This document shows positions 24,301 through 37,400 of a stretch of DNA of 64,000 bases, piece by piece; within the stretch, counting starts at the first letter, position 1; each line of letters starts with the position of its first letter. Made by a program: the position numbers and the translations under genes. Location: the NCBI RefSeq assembly GCF_037042905.1, contig NC_087245.1, positions 558,001 to 622,000 of the forward strand, in the 5' to 3' direction. Source of the stretch: Lytechinus pictus. Its lineage: Eukaryota. The notes under the pieces are model-generated. The model did not search any database. It saw only the letters and a list, made by a program, of their open reading frames with translations, and was not told the DNA's origin.

Positions 24301-27114
24301 ATACAGCCCGCCAAGTGACTTTTTGATATCCCCTCTTCAAATTGTTTTTGATCACTCATGCGTGAAAGAGAAATAATCTAAGTAATGAAAGAGGAGATTC
24401 TAAGCTTTACAATGGTAGGTCATTTGTCTATTGTATTTGTGATTATGTTATGCTAAATCATCAATAAATCTCGGTTTCGTTGTTTGTGGGACGCACTGAT
24501 TGATCAAGGTATCCATTTATTGTGGGGGGATCGCAATCACGTAAACGAAAACAAGGCAGGGGCCCATTTCATAAAGCTGTTCGTAAGTTACGAATGACTT
24601 TACGCACGACTGGTGATCCTTTCTTGTGCTACATGTAAATGATATCCCTATGTAACTGATTTAGCACCAAAGAACAGGTTTCAGTCATACTTAAAGTTGT
24701 GCGTAACTTTACGAACAGCTTTATGAAACACCACCCTGGTGACAATCTTTTTGCGATTATTTTTTTTTCTTTTTTAATCTGGCGTTTGACTTCGGGTTTG
24801 AATAAGATTGACCGTGCCCCTCGCCATCACCAATCAGCGATTTTGTCAGGGTTAAGGAAATATTTGTCCTAGAATAAACTCAGATAATAATAAATTATGA
24901 ATACTTCTTTGCATGTCTCTGAATCTAGCTACGTTTACTCGTAATGCTGATGAGCTTGACGCCATTCCAGCACCAAGGGCGTCTTTTGAAGTAGACTACG
25001 TACCATCGGAGAGCAATGAACATGATGCAGAACCTTTGGAGGTAGACTTCATTGAAATGGATTCAGTTAACACTGATGACAGCAATGACTTAGATGTTGA
25101 TGGTGGAGGAGAGCTACCTGATAACTCAGATATCTTTGTAGCAAATGCAACATCAAACGGTATGGCTTCAGTGCTCATTAAATCAAATAAAGTTAGTTGA
25201 TCACCATCCCCAAAGGCTTCGTTAATATCTGACATTGTCATGCAGTTTACTTTTAAGGTTTGCTGTATGGGTTCCCCTCGTCTCAAATCGGGCGTCTTCA
25301 GCGAGAACATAACACAATTTATAGTCAATCCAGATTTTAAAGGATTGGCTTCCAGTTCGCCAAAAATATCTTTCAAGATTTTTAAAATTGTATTCGAGGT
25401 ACTAATTGGCCAAGCTCCACGCTATATTTCTGATCTTTTACAAAGCAAAGTTTACAGACTGACACACCCACAACCTGCGCCGTTCTAAGATAATTTACTC
25501 CTTTATAAGCATACTTTGAGAGATCGTGCGTTTACTGCAGTAAATTTCAATTGCATGTGACTCGAGCCACAGGGTATAGTAATACGTTAATTTTTAGGGG
25601 CCAAAATTAATGCACAATCCATGATTCCTTATTTTCATGAGTCATATTGATCTCAGAGTGTCATATCATTGATCCATGCCGTGTAGGAGCAAAGTCCAAT
25701 TGTATAGTTACAACATTACAGTACGCAAAAAAAAAATCCGCGGGACAGGACGCGTAAACATTTTCGAAGTAACCCTTAAGCGAGGGAGCGATTTCATGCA
25801 CACTTTTGGTGAATTGAAATAAAAAGAATAATAATAAGTTGGCATGAGTCACAATGTTTCACGAATGCTGTCAAATTCACATACGGTTTCAAATTCCCAT
25901 CCCCCCAAAAACCATGATTCAATATCATTTTCAAACTCGATACTTCCACTTAAGTTTAATTCCGATAACTAGATAACTCTTTTAGGATTTGGTCTACTCC
26001 TTCCGTTTTATATGCAATGTGGATTTCAACATAAACTAAGTAATGGGTTTATTTTTTATGACGATTACCGCCACTCGTTGAGTTGTAATTTCCCTCTATT
26101 GTAAAGGAAGTTGGTTAGACCATGGTTAACCTCGATCTGTGACGATGACTCTGGTTTTCCCCATTGAAATTCCCCCTATACTTTAATCTCAATACTTGGA
26201 AACTATTAATTGTGTTACTTCTGTTGGTTTTTTCTGATTGTTAAAGATGCCCCTGATTTTTCTCTTTTCTTTTCTAGGTTATTATTCGATAAGAATGAGC
26301 AGAGATGGGTCATGGTTTATTCAAGCCATTTCAGAGATCTTTCTTGCGCATGCGCACCAAGGTGAACTTAATGAGTTGATGAGAAAGGTAAGACGTATTA
26401 TTGGAATGATTTGTAAATTGTTTCCGCTTGTCTCTATTGTATTAAAATAATATTGCACTCCCCCGGCCTTCCCATGATCCAAACCGATCCAACGTAGCCT
26501 CTTGTCGAGGCCCTGTCGGCTGCTTCCCGAGCGAAGCGAGGGATATAGCGAAGCAGAGCGCCGCGCCAGGCCTAATTCGCTTCGCGAATTAGGAAATCCC
26601 TCGCTTCGCTCGGGAAGCAGCCGCCATGGCCTCGACAAGAGGCTAATCCAAACCATGCCGTGCTTATACAGGTCTGTAAAAGATCAGCATAATTATCCTA
26701 TTAAAAAAATGACTCAAGGTAGGTCCTATATCACTTTTTCTTAACTGTTTAATGATACGAATTTGAAAGGACCAATATCATTTGCAAAATAAGAATGAAT
26801 ATGGTGCCGGCGTCAATTGATCTCGTTTCTTATAAATATACTACAGTAACTACACTCAGATTCCAACTGAAAAAGTTTTAACTCGAATGAAGATTTATTT
26901 CATTGCCATTTACCATACATAGGTCTAATAAGCAATCTGAGAAGTATCATCGTTTTGTATTTGATTTATATAGGTGACGTGCCTTGTGACGGAGAGTTAT
27001 CGGATAAATCATTTTGAAGAAGCGACTAAACGAAGCTTTGAGGTTCGTCAAACTCCAGCTTACGAAAGTCAAGGGATGAGAAGAAAATTTTACTTTCTAC
27101 CCAAATATCCATGA
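15368..27114 (+). CDS. Caspase (peptidase C14), 532 aa, with ALF-like N-terminal prodomain; join(15368..15436,18586..18874,19587..19808,20372..20484,22691..22873,23169..23409,24929..25159,26278..26387,26974..27114)
   Basis: All 8 introns are GT-AG with consistent phases; total 1599 nt with no internal stops. p20 motifs RRGSNVD, MSHG (catalytic His) and KPKLIFFQACRG (catalytic Cys). p10 motifs GYYSIR, GSWFIQ, QTP and RRKFYF. Confidence 0.93.
16832..17049. mobile_element. Palindromic MITE with CAC...GTG ends and TA flanks
   Basis: CACAGTAAAAA...TTTTTACTGTG; internal IR ACAACGCTGTTTACTATATGA. Confidence 0.7.
18007..18557. mobile_element. Same MITE family as 12253-12835, opposite orientation, in caspase intron 1
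   Basis: TIR CCCGGGGGGGCCACTT...; TSD GCTTTTAC (17999-18006, 18558-18565); ends 28 bp before exon 2. Confidence 0.9.
18586..18874 (+). CDS. Caspase exon 2: ALF-like domain plus start of a second degenerate copy
   Basis: VTREGRPFKILVEGRFHKPSEPWVYDVTATD...KHYDRKEDGVNEAINSVMNTLREKG aligns with the 10921-11124 exon; TGCAG acceptor, GTAAG donor. Confidence 0.85.
19260..19365 (-). mobile_element. L2-type LINE 3' remnant
   Basis: Minus strand reads AFAFSAPSLWNALP...SLEPFKK. Confidence 0.55.
20688..22663. mobile_element. ~2-kb non-autonomous TIR DNA transposon with TA flanks, containing a nested MITE (~22118-22318)
   Basis: TIR CACAACAAAAAAAGTAAGTCCCCCC / GGGGGGACTTACTTTTTTTGTTGTG; ends 27 bp before caspase exon 5. 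Confidence 0.85.
23169..23409 (+). CDS. Caspase exon 6 carrying the catalytic His (SHG) and Cys (QACRG)
   Basis: Translation ...LCMFFMSHGNQDGISGTD...GKPKLIFFQACRG; TTTTAG acceptor, GTAGGT donor. Confidence 0.95.
23687..24498. mobile_element. Tc1/mariner-type foldback MITE
   Basis: TA|CAGTGCGTCCCACAAA...TTTGTGGGACGCACTG; arms are complementary over most of the length. Confidence 0.85.
24557..24738. mobile_element. Short palindromic MITE (related copies ~27628-27816 and ~54168-54337)
   Basis: TTTCATAAAGCTGTTCGTAAGTTACG ... CGTAACTTTACGAACAGCTTTATGAAA. Confidence 0.7.
25330..25540 (+). mobile_element. L2-type LINE 3' remnant
   Basis: Frameshifted WLPVRQ.ISFKI...GQAPRYISDLL...DRAF. Confidence 0.55.
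26495..26645. mobile_element. GC-rich palindromic MITE with TAGCC...GGCTA ends (AcademH-like)
   Basis: TAGCCTCTTGTCGAGGCC...GGCCTCGACAAGAGGCTA; ATCCAA(A)C on both flanks. Confidence 0.75.
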
Positions 27115-30100
27115 AAATAATGCGATATAAGTTCAGTTCTGTATAAACGTAGTGTTTATTGAGTGGAAACACACACTTTCGCTAATCAGATTACGTTTCT
27201 GCCTTGAAATAGCAGTGTGTTTTGTGGCAATTGAGTTGAGGTAAACCTTCTTGAATGTGTTTCTAATTTATAATGTACATTATTATATTTAGGCTTTATC
27301 TTCTCCATTCTACGAGCGAGCTGTTTGTATATACATGTATATCAAAAGGAACTGTTGCTGGCCGGGCTAGCGCCATGAGCGTCTCTTGAAGGTGTGTGCG
27401 CTCAAATAAGTTATCACAATTACATATATTTTTTAAAAGATACTGAGCAGTTTTTGTAGTCATGAAAAATATGTGTTACTAACCAAGGGATTTACTCGAG
27501 CGCGAAGTGCGAGCAGTCAGAAATTTTCAATATACTGACCTGAAAATGAGCAAAGTGCGAGCTGAAAATTTTTGATATTCCGACCTGAAAACTAGACATT
27601 CTTAAAAGCACTTTTTGTAATCATGATCTGGGGGCCGTTTCATAAAGCTGTTAAGAGCGACTTTAAGAACAACTGGTGAATCTTTCTTAGGCGCTAAATA
27701 ATCACCAATGAACATATATGGCGACTATCATTTACCACATTTACCACAAGAAAGGATCACTAGTCGTTCTTAAAGTCTCTCTTAACTTACGAACAGCTTT
27801 ATTAAACCGCCCCGGGGATGGATATCTTGCTCAATCATTGATGTAAGGGGAAGCACGAGCCAAAAAATGTCTAATTTTCCTACCTGAAATGTGTTACTTC
27901 ACAAAAGGTATTTCATTTTGGAAAAAAAGGACAGATGTTAATTTGTAGAAAGGGAATTTTTCATACTGATAAAAGGATTTTTCACACGGGATTTTTTTAA
28001 AGGGGGGAGGGGTGCATGCCCCCTGTCCCCGGTTCCGTCGCCTCTCTGGTATAGTAGTAGTAGTAGGTCAGTATGACAGTATCGTTAATGTTATTATACA
28101 TCATTCAACAATATATCCTGAATTTTTTTTTTTTTTTCCTTCAGTCGCTCGTAATATCGGCCCTACTTTTATTTATTGTGAAAACTTATATTCATCTATG
28201 TACATATGGTATTATATGAAGATTTGCCCACAGCATGAGCTGTATTGTACATACCTTTTACAGAAAAAAAAACACGAAAGCATAATTACAGCAATACCTA
28301 GTGAGAAATAATATAAAAATATCATCCCGAAGAGATATAAAACCAGTGATATATTATTAGGGCAATGTGAATTAAATTCACGATACCATCAGCAAAATGT
28401 TTTAAATAATTATGTTGACTATACTATTCTGGAGTTTTCAACATATGCTTAACATTTTGGGAAGGGAAGGGATTGTGATTTTTTTTAAACAAGTGCACAC
28501 CTAGTTACCAATAATGCATATAGCATGTCCATTTATTTGAAAGCAGGATAAAAGACCACTCGGCCATGATAAATGAATGGTGATATAAAATTATGACTTT
28601 CAGAGTATATGTATCGGTACATGTATAGTGGATGCCGAATTTTAAACAAGAGACGTGTTAAAAGCATGTGCCTGTGCTCAGGGTCCTAGGAAAGACTTTT
28701 AGACTGGGGGTGTTGATGTCAATTTCAATTTGAAAAGCTCCCCCCCCCAAAAAAAAAAAAAAAAAAAAAAAAGAGGGTTTTCACAACAAAATGGGAAAAA
28801 AATTGGTCCAGAAAAGTTTGAAAAACAAATAAAAAAAGGGGTCCATACAATGTTAACGTCGTTTTCCTTACATTTTTCCATTTTTAAACATCTACCCAAA
28901 TTCCTGGGTGTGCTGCCTATGTAGAATAATACATGCAGCATCTCCGCTCCCAGGGCCATGCCTGTGCTACACTTATTTTCATTTAATTGAATAAGCAAAA
29001 CTCATGACGAAACTGCTGTCCTTTCAGCTGTTCATTGTCATTTGACGGTCATAAATTTACATTACATTTACTGTGTTCTTGAATCCGTTGTTCGTCGCAG
29101 AGTGGAAACTCCCTAATACCCTACAGTGACCGCAGAATGGTTTAGAAAGTGGGGGGGGGGGGCAGTGGCATACATATGAGGGGCGAAGCTTGCCCCCCAA
29201 AAACAAAAACAAAAAATCGTAACCAAGAGGAAAAAGAGGAAAGGAAAGAAAGAGGGGTGATGACAACAATTTTTCTGGATGTTTTGTCAAAAGCTATCAA
29301 AAATATAATAAAAATCTCGAAATTTTTGGCCGCTCTCTCGCAACTTTTTATAAATTTAAATTTTGTCCGATACGCCATATCTAGCCCCCTCAAATTTTTT
29401 GGCTCATTGTGCGACTGGTTGGGGTGACCATGTAAAATTGTTCTTATTAGCCACAGACTACCAAACCCCACCCCCCCCCCCCCCCCCCCCGGTTTCGCGA
29501 CCCCGACTTGATCTGTCTTAGGGCATTCCTCCTTCGCAAGAACTTTGATTAAAAAAAAATGGATTGTGTAATTATTGTGCATCATGATGCGTTTCCCTTG
29601 TATTATATCTTTGTTATGATTAATGTAATGGATTCATCTCAGTTTATATGTATGCAAAATCTGTCATAATGGAATAATTCTAAGTTCTAGTGTTATAAAT
29701 AGCACGAAGGAAATAAGTCACTTTCAAAAATATGCTGCGTTTTGTAGAAATGTTCATTCTTTAAACAGAGCTGTAACTGCATCCCCCACAATATTGATCG
29801 TTATTTGTGTGTGTCTTCTTATTAATAATGATGAGGTTTAACAATATTTGGGAGGGAGTAATTGTGGTATCCACCTCCTACATACCCCTTTTGAACTCAT
29901 ATATACATGTAACAAGAAGAATATGACTTGTGGGGCATTGCAAGGAACTTAAGATCGGTTTTAAATTTAGCACAAGTCCCTCAAGTCAACTTATACATTG
30001 CAAGAAAGTTCAACTACAGATTTTCATATAATCAAAGGAAATATGCTTGAGTTGGGGATTTATGCTTATTTCAGAATTGAACAAAATTTCCTTCTAATGC

Positions 30101-31112
30101 CTGCGTAATGTTGCTGGGTTGATAAGGTCCTGTATGTTAGTTGGATCTGGGATGTATTTTAGTTGATTTATTACCCGGATAATATATAATGGTGTCCTGA
30201 TCCTGATACCCCGCCCCTCCTCCCCTGCCACCCCCCCCCTCTCTCTCAATAAAAAAACAAGGCCTTGTCAATCCAGCATCATATGTACAACTTTGAGTAG
30301 CTCATATTTAACATATAGTGTACAACTTCTTTTCTTACTTTTTGCATTGAATTATATTATAGACAAGTACATTTCCTTGCCATATTCTCTATCAAAAACA
30401 ATCAAAATAATGTCCTTTCCAGTATCCCTGAATAAATTTGCTCAAAATACTCCTAATTAGGTGTGGTAGTTATTTTAGTTTTTAATCTATACAGTATATT
30501 GAATAGATATTTTAGGGCTTATAACACTCTTTGCAGACTTTTCAGATTCTCTGCTCCTATCCTCTCTCTAATGCTTCATTTCTTGGTTTACTGCAAACCA
30601 AACAGGTATTTATGTCAGATCAGGGAGTCATATAACACAACTTCTTAAAAACTTCACTAAATTTCCTACAACTCAGGTAATCCTGATGGAGGTTCTTGTC
30701 ATGACTCTTTTATACATACTTGGAAATGGCAAATATTAGGTAACATTGAGTAAATTGGACCTGTACATTCACAGATTGAAGGGTATACTTCCAAGTGGTA
30801 GACACTTTTTCAGAGATTAGGAGTTGGATGCGGCTATTTTCACAAAAATATTGGATCATGCAATTCCCTGATCTGAGGCCATTTATCAGTGTTTGGAGTA
30901 ACCATCCTCTTTCACATCTTGAATGACTTCCCATTTTCCTATTAAAACCATAATAATTTCAAAAGAATAATCATTTCAAGAAAATGCATTTATTATATCC
31001 CTATATATACACAATCAATCATGAGCGGGATAAACATTAATAAATAACATCAGGAACATTTTGAAATGTAGACATATGATCACTCTGAATGGGTTCACTT
31101 TATGAGCCATAC

Positions 31113-31455
31113 TAGCCTGTATTCTAGACAAAGTCTAACTGCAGCTTTTGTCTATGTCTTTACGGGTCTGATGCTGTTAAGCAAAACGTCAGCAATATGT
31201 CTGATGTGGATGACTAAATAACATTGGCTGCGAAGCAGCAAACGCGTTTACACCCACGACTTGCATTCGTTTTTTTTTTTTCTTTTTATCAATGAATATC
31301 TGGTGGCAATTAAAAGAAAAACCTGCACCAAATCCTGGTCAAAAACTACAACTAATGCAAAACAAGATGAAAGTGAATAGGCACCAGACAGATTTCTTAG
31401 TTTTAGCGTAACAGCATAGATAGTAATCTGCAGCTTCTGTCTAGATTATAGGCTA
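31113..31455. mobile_element. MITE with TAGCC...GGCTA ends and 9-bp TSD (AcademH-like)
   Basis: TAGCCTGTATTCTAGACA...TGTCTAGATTATAGGCTA; flanks GAGCCATAC/CAGCCATAC. Confidence 0.75.
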
Positions 31456-32249
31456 CAGCCATACTGATACTTGAGAGTTTATTTTAAAAATGAGATTACT
31501 CATTACGAAGCGGAAGGGGTCATATAGATTTTTTTTTTTGGGGGGGGGGGGCTACATACTCCAATCTTAATTTAATTTGTTACCAACATAATCCTTCAAC
31601 ACCATTTCAATAAAAAGGAAACAAATACATTTCCTGTAGAACAGCAACATTGTACATTTTATTCATATTATGTCATATCAATATTTAATGTTAAACTACA
31701 ACATTTAAATGATACAAAAATAAAGGATTCTGTCTTAGTCCAAATTACTTTGAACAACAGTGTCCATACTCTGAATCTTGTATGTGAGCTCCATGCCTGC
31801 CAGAGCTCTTCTAAACAAAATATAGCATCCCTACCATGGCTCAACAAAGCATAAGCATGCATTTCCTTAGAATGTTTAATACCTGTGTGATTCTCTTCTG
31901 CATGGTCTGTAGAGGGCTACGGTACACCCTTGAATTCAGATACCCCCAAACAAACAAGTCCCTGGGTTTAAAGTGAGGAGAACTTGGGGCCATTCCATGT
32001 CTTTATGCAACACTACGACACTGTGCCCAAACAACTTACATTGTAGGAAATGCAGTGTTTGGTACAAATGGGTTTTCAACCAGTCAACTTCACTCACTCC
32101 TGTTTAGTCAACAGTGAATAGGGTCCCAACAAATTTGGTATTGAAAGAAACAAGAATAAGCACTCTACACACACACAAATCGCAAAATCCATCACCACTT
32201 ATATAAAATATAAAATAAGAAAGTTATGAAATTTTAAAGTTTTGCTTAA

Positions 32250-32645
32250 AGATAAATTCCAGTAGTGGTAACGATTTCAAAATGAGTTCGTACAGAATCC
32301 AATGAAATGACCACCAAAGTGTGTCTGTAAAAATAAAAAATATGTGCCAAAGGATTCTGGAAGAAATTGTGTAATTGCTGAGAAATTAGCAAATAAGCAC
32401 GGGATTCGGGTCAAGCGTCGGGCCGACATTCAAAGCAATAATAATACACTGTCCCACGTGCGCTTATCTGTGTTGGTGATCTTCAGTGTGAACATTTTCA
32501 GCGTAGATTTCAAGATTTCACAAAGTTGAGTCTACGTAACTGTACCAGATCTAGATCCTCGATGATAAAGTGACGATTAAGCCTGGTTTTATTTTACAGA
32601 CTTTCTCGTGAAATCAGTGTTCACTGCAACTACTTTCATTTATCT
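32250..32645. mobile_element. TTAA-target MITE nested in another Kolobok-like MITE (~32180-33107)
   Basis: TTAA|AGATAAAT...ATTTATCT|TTAA; the host element resumes on both sides and ends GGTGGACTTGACCT|TTAA. Confidence 0.75.
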
Positions 32646-33210
32646 TTAATTTCACATAATAGTTATATGCACATTCCAGTCAGTATGCAAATGAGGGAAC
32701 TGATGACTTCACTTACAATTTCTTTTGTATTTTATTATATAAAATAATCTAATTTTCTCATCATTGTCCTGTGAAACAAAGTTTTATTTCACCCTGAACA
32801 TGTGGAATTGCCATTGTTTAACATTATATGGTTCATTCAAGTTGGTCCTTATTGTCAAATCTGTAAAAATTGAAATATTGTATAATTAAAACAATAAAAT
32901 AAAAAAGAAATAGTGAAATAGAAATAGTCTCATTTGCATGTGACTAAAGTGTGCATATAACTATTTTGTGAAAAATAAGCAAAAATTTAAAATGTCATAA
33001 CTTTCTTATTTTACATCCGATTTAGATAAAGTTTTCAGCATTATGCTTGTCTGATTTTTCTCTGTTGATTCAAATCAACATTTTTCTGAGGTGGACTTGA
33101 CCTTTAAACAATAGGTATATTATGAAAGTGCTATTTTTTCTGACACTGTAGTTATCCTCAAGCTCATTAAAAAGGATTTGTTTTGTATAATATAAAAAAA
33201 ACAAAAAAAA

Positions 33211-33660
33211 AACAAGTGGAGCGCCTCTACCAGTCTCGCCAGCATTAGGCGATTAAATGTAGCAGCAGTGCTAACTTTAAAAATGACTATAAAATAATTA
33301 TTAAAAAAAAACACCATTCAAGTGACCTAAGACTTATGCAAGATGAGCAATTATACTGGAATACCCCTATGTCTACATTTCATTAACTATATCCATAAAC
33401 ATTCAAAGTTACGATGGTAATTCAACAAATACCACCAACATGGCCAAAGTTCATTGACCCTAAATGACCTTTGACCTTGGCCATGTGACCTGAAACTCAA
33501 ACAGGATGTTCAGTGATATTTTATTACTCTCATGTGTAAATTTCATGAACTAGGTCCATATATTTTCTAAGTTATGATGACATTTAAAAAACTTATCCTT
33601 AGGTTAAGGTCCGAATAGCGGGGCCTATAGTCTCACTTTGTTATGCAGGTGAGACAAAAA
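33211..33660. mobile_element. Helentron-derived (HINE-like) satellite element, short copy
   Basis: AACAAGTGGA start, ...ATGCAGGTGAGACAAAAA end, one internal unit. Confidence 0.7.
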
Positions 33661-34482
33661 TCATATCTTGGCAAATTATAGGACATAGAAAGCAGAAAAT
33701 CAGGGTGGTGCAATAAATCACATGAGGAACAAGAATTTCTGAAATGATAATACATACACCTCATACTGACAATCAAGGAGGTCCATTGTGACAAAATGCA
33801 AGGGAAAACTCTCCCATAATTTATGTGTACAAAATATTAGTTATATATTTTTTTCAATTATTGCTTTCTTCCTGAATGTATTCACCTACATGTATCCCTT
33901 GCGTTAGTAATCAAAATATTTTTGCAGGTCATTATAAAGAACTGTATTTTCAATCTACTTTGAAAAAAAAATGTATATAATTTTACCATTCCATGCATAG
34001 TAGCAAATTGTGGAAGTTGTCCCTAAGACTCCCTAGTATCAGACATCACAGAGACTACCCATTTGAATATCCCATGTATTTATAGTGGTCATAATTTTAT
34101 GATTGTTTGATTGCCTTAAAAATATTTACAACTTTGTTTCAATAATTTTGTGAGATTTTTTAGAACCAAATTCTCTTAATATAAATAATGCCAATGCCTT
34201 GCTCACTTACAAATTGTCTCCCATCAATCTTTTTTATTCCAGAATTTTGCCTTCTCATAGCCTGGCCTCCTTCCTTCTATTCACCTTTCCTGAAGTTCAT
34301 CATGTGAACTGGTCTTTTTCTCTTACCTCTCTAAAGTGTCTCCTTTGATTCATCTTCGTACCTGATTCTATTCTTTCCAAACCATGACCTTCACCTTTCC
34401 TTCTATCCATCATTCCATTTTCCACTTTCCTGCCATGCCTGCTATCAAACCTTCAGTCCATCATTCTTTGTCTTAACATTCA

Positions 34483-37400
34483 TCATTTTCTCACAACATT
34501 GTGTTTTGGCATTTTAAACTTTGTCATTGGTTGACCTCCGACCCCACAAGTGCCGACACCCACTTTACCATCAGTGACATCCGGAGAAGCAAAGATGCTC
34601 TTCTTCGTGAAGCCTTTCTTTCCTTTTGTTGCCTGGAAAATAAAAAATCAAATAAAATCTTGAAATGAAAAAAATCAATACACTGTCCCACACTGATCTT
34701 CAGTGTGAACTGTTTTTTTTTTCAGCTTAGATTTCACAAGTTACAGGTTATGTCACAAAGCAATGTTTACATATGATCTAGATCTCAAACAATATTTGAT
34801 AATTAAACTTGACTTTAAAGACTTTCTCATGAAATCATTGTTTGTTAAATGACTGGCCCACATTCTATGGCATATAAATTCATTCACAATACCACATATT
34901 ATCAAATATTCTATAAGAGAAAATCTTGATGGAACATATGTGACCAAACACCAAAAATTTTGCAGTGTGTGATTTTCATTTAAAGCCAAATAAATGGAAT
35001 GTTAATTAGCAGGTAAACTATAATTGTTGATAATACATTCTGAAAGACTGCATATGCTTTCCTATTTCAATATTGGAAGTAGCAAATACTCTAAAATTAT
35101 ATGATAGTGGTATGTTGAAAAGCAGTTTACATCTCAGATGCTATTGATTTTATTTTCACCTCTATAGCCCCCTTGAGTCATTTGGGATCAAGATTAGTAT
35201 TTAATAGTTTATATTGAACCTCAATTACTTGAACACAAAGGAAATTCTTAAATTGAAGGTTATAAAGAACAGGATGTAGCTCTCAGGGGCCAAGTTTCTG
35301 GAGGATCATATAATCCCTTCATAGAAATGAAAATACGTTAGAATCAAATTTAGTATATAAGCTGTAGAGACTTCATCACCCTAAGCATCATTAGTTTGAT
35401 CAGTTCCACTGTTAATTGTGATAAAAACTTTCCAAAAAAATAATAAATCAAAATTTAAAATCTGTCTTGGATATCAAGGTCACAGACTTCAACCCTCTAC
35501 CTCCTGATGCTGCAGGTAGCTTCTTTAGTTGTGTGTTGGATTAAACTTCAGAGGGGGTTTCCCCATTCTTACAAATGATTATCACAACTTTATCATCCAA
35601 TGGTAACTATCATGGAACCGTTGATTTTTATTGATTATTGACATAACTGGATGGCAAAATTACGATACATGAAACATTTACGCAACAGGGCCCCTAAAAT
35701 GAGCATGCATGACACCTTACCTTACTACTAAAGTTCAACCATGACTTCTTCTGATCTTCATGAAGTTGTTCCTGTTGTTTCTGTCTATCAGCCTTCTTCT
35801 GTTGCTTCTTCTTCTTGTATTCTCTCTGTTTGGCAAGCAACTGCTTCCTTTAGAGTCAAAAGAAAAGTGTATCAAACAGTTTTCATAATATTAACGTGAT
35901 GATCACGACATTTTCTTTAGAATGCTCAAAATTCTCCCATATACTAATACATAAATACTAGATTGGAAAAATTTGGCAGAGTTCAATTGTCTTAGTTATA
36001 ATATCATCCTAATTGCATTCTTCTTCGCATATGCCAAATACATGTATTAGAAAAATTCTAGTGACTTTAAAATGGTAATTCTATTATTACCAAGTGTATA
36101 TATTCTCTAAACAAGTGGAATGCCTCTGGCCGTCTCACCTGCATCACGCGATTCAATATAGCAGCAGTGCTGATTTTGAAAACTACTATAACTCGCACAA
36201 GATGTTCAGTGATACTTGGTTACTCGTATTTCCACGTTTTATGAACTAGACCAATACACTTACAGAGATATGATGGCAATTCAACAAATACCCCAGACGT
36301 GGCCAAAGTTCTTTGACCTTACATGACCTTTGACCTTGATCATGTGACCTGAAACTTGCACAGGATGTTCAGTAATACTTGATTACTATTATGTCCAAGT
36401 TTCATGAATCAGATCCATAATAAACTTTCAAAGTTATGATGGTAATTCAACAGATACCCCCAATTCGGCCAAAGTTCATTGACCCTAAATGACCTTTGAC
36501 CTTGGTCATGTGACGTGAAACTCATGCAGGATGTTCAGTGATACTTGATTAACCTTATGTATAAGTTTCATGAACTAGGTCCATATATTTTCTAAGTTAT
36601 GATGACATTTCAAAAACTTAACCTTAGGTTAAGATTTTGATGTTGATTCCCCCAACATGGTCTAAGTTCATTGACCCTAAATGACCTTTGACCTTGGTCA
36701 TGTGACATGAAACTCAGGCAGGATGTTCAGTAATACTTGATTAACCTTATGGCCAAGTTTCATGAACTAGGTCCATATACTTTCTAAGTTATGCTGTCAT
36801 TTCAAAAACTTAACCTCAGGTTAAGATTTGGTGTTGACGCCGCCGTCGCCGTCGGAAAAGCGGCGCCTATAGTCTCACTCTGCTATGCAGGTGAGACAAA
36901 AAGTAGTAAAATTCATAAAATCAATGATCAGCTATTTTTACCATATTTCATTACTAAGAGGAAACAAAGAGACTATGAATGTGTTATACCTCTTTTTGTA
37001 ATCTTTCTTTGAAATGGCTTTGGTAGAATGTTTGCAAAGTTTTCAGAGTATGAAATCAATGTGTGCTTTCAGTAATACAGTGCTGGCAAGTAAATACACT
37101 CATTGACTTCATGAATGGATACTATGTTTTTCAATTCATTACACATTAAACAGCTCATGAGCATATAAATGTATTTACATCCAAAAGTAAACTGAGCATT
37201 GTAAATTATCTATAGTGATCTAACTATTAGAATAAACTGCTCAATGATAATTATATTGCTATTCTTAATTTCTAATCAATGAAACACCTTTAATGCAACT
37301 GGATCACTTTAACCATATCACAAACTGGTAACCAACATTATTAATTTTCTAAATAAAATAATGATCTTGGGACAATGATTTTCCGTTTCTAAAAATTGCA

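Noticed and set aside
26345..26356. Perfect NRF1-type palindrome TGCGCATGCGCA
   Set aside because: It falls within caspase coding sequence (LAHAH) and is likely coincidental.
26321..26744. Mirror-image ORFs on both strands
   Set aside because: Artefact of the palindromic MITE at 26495-26645.
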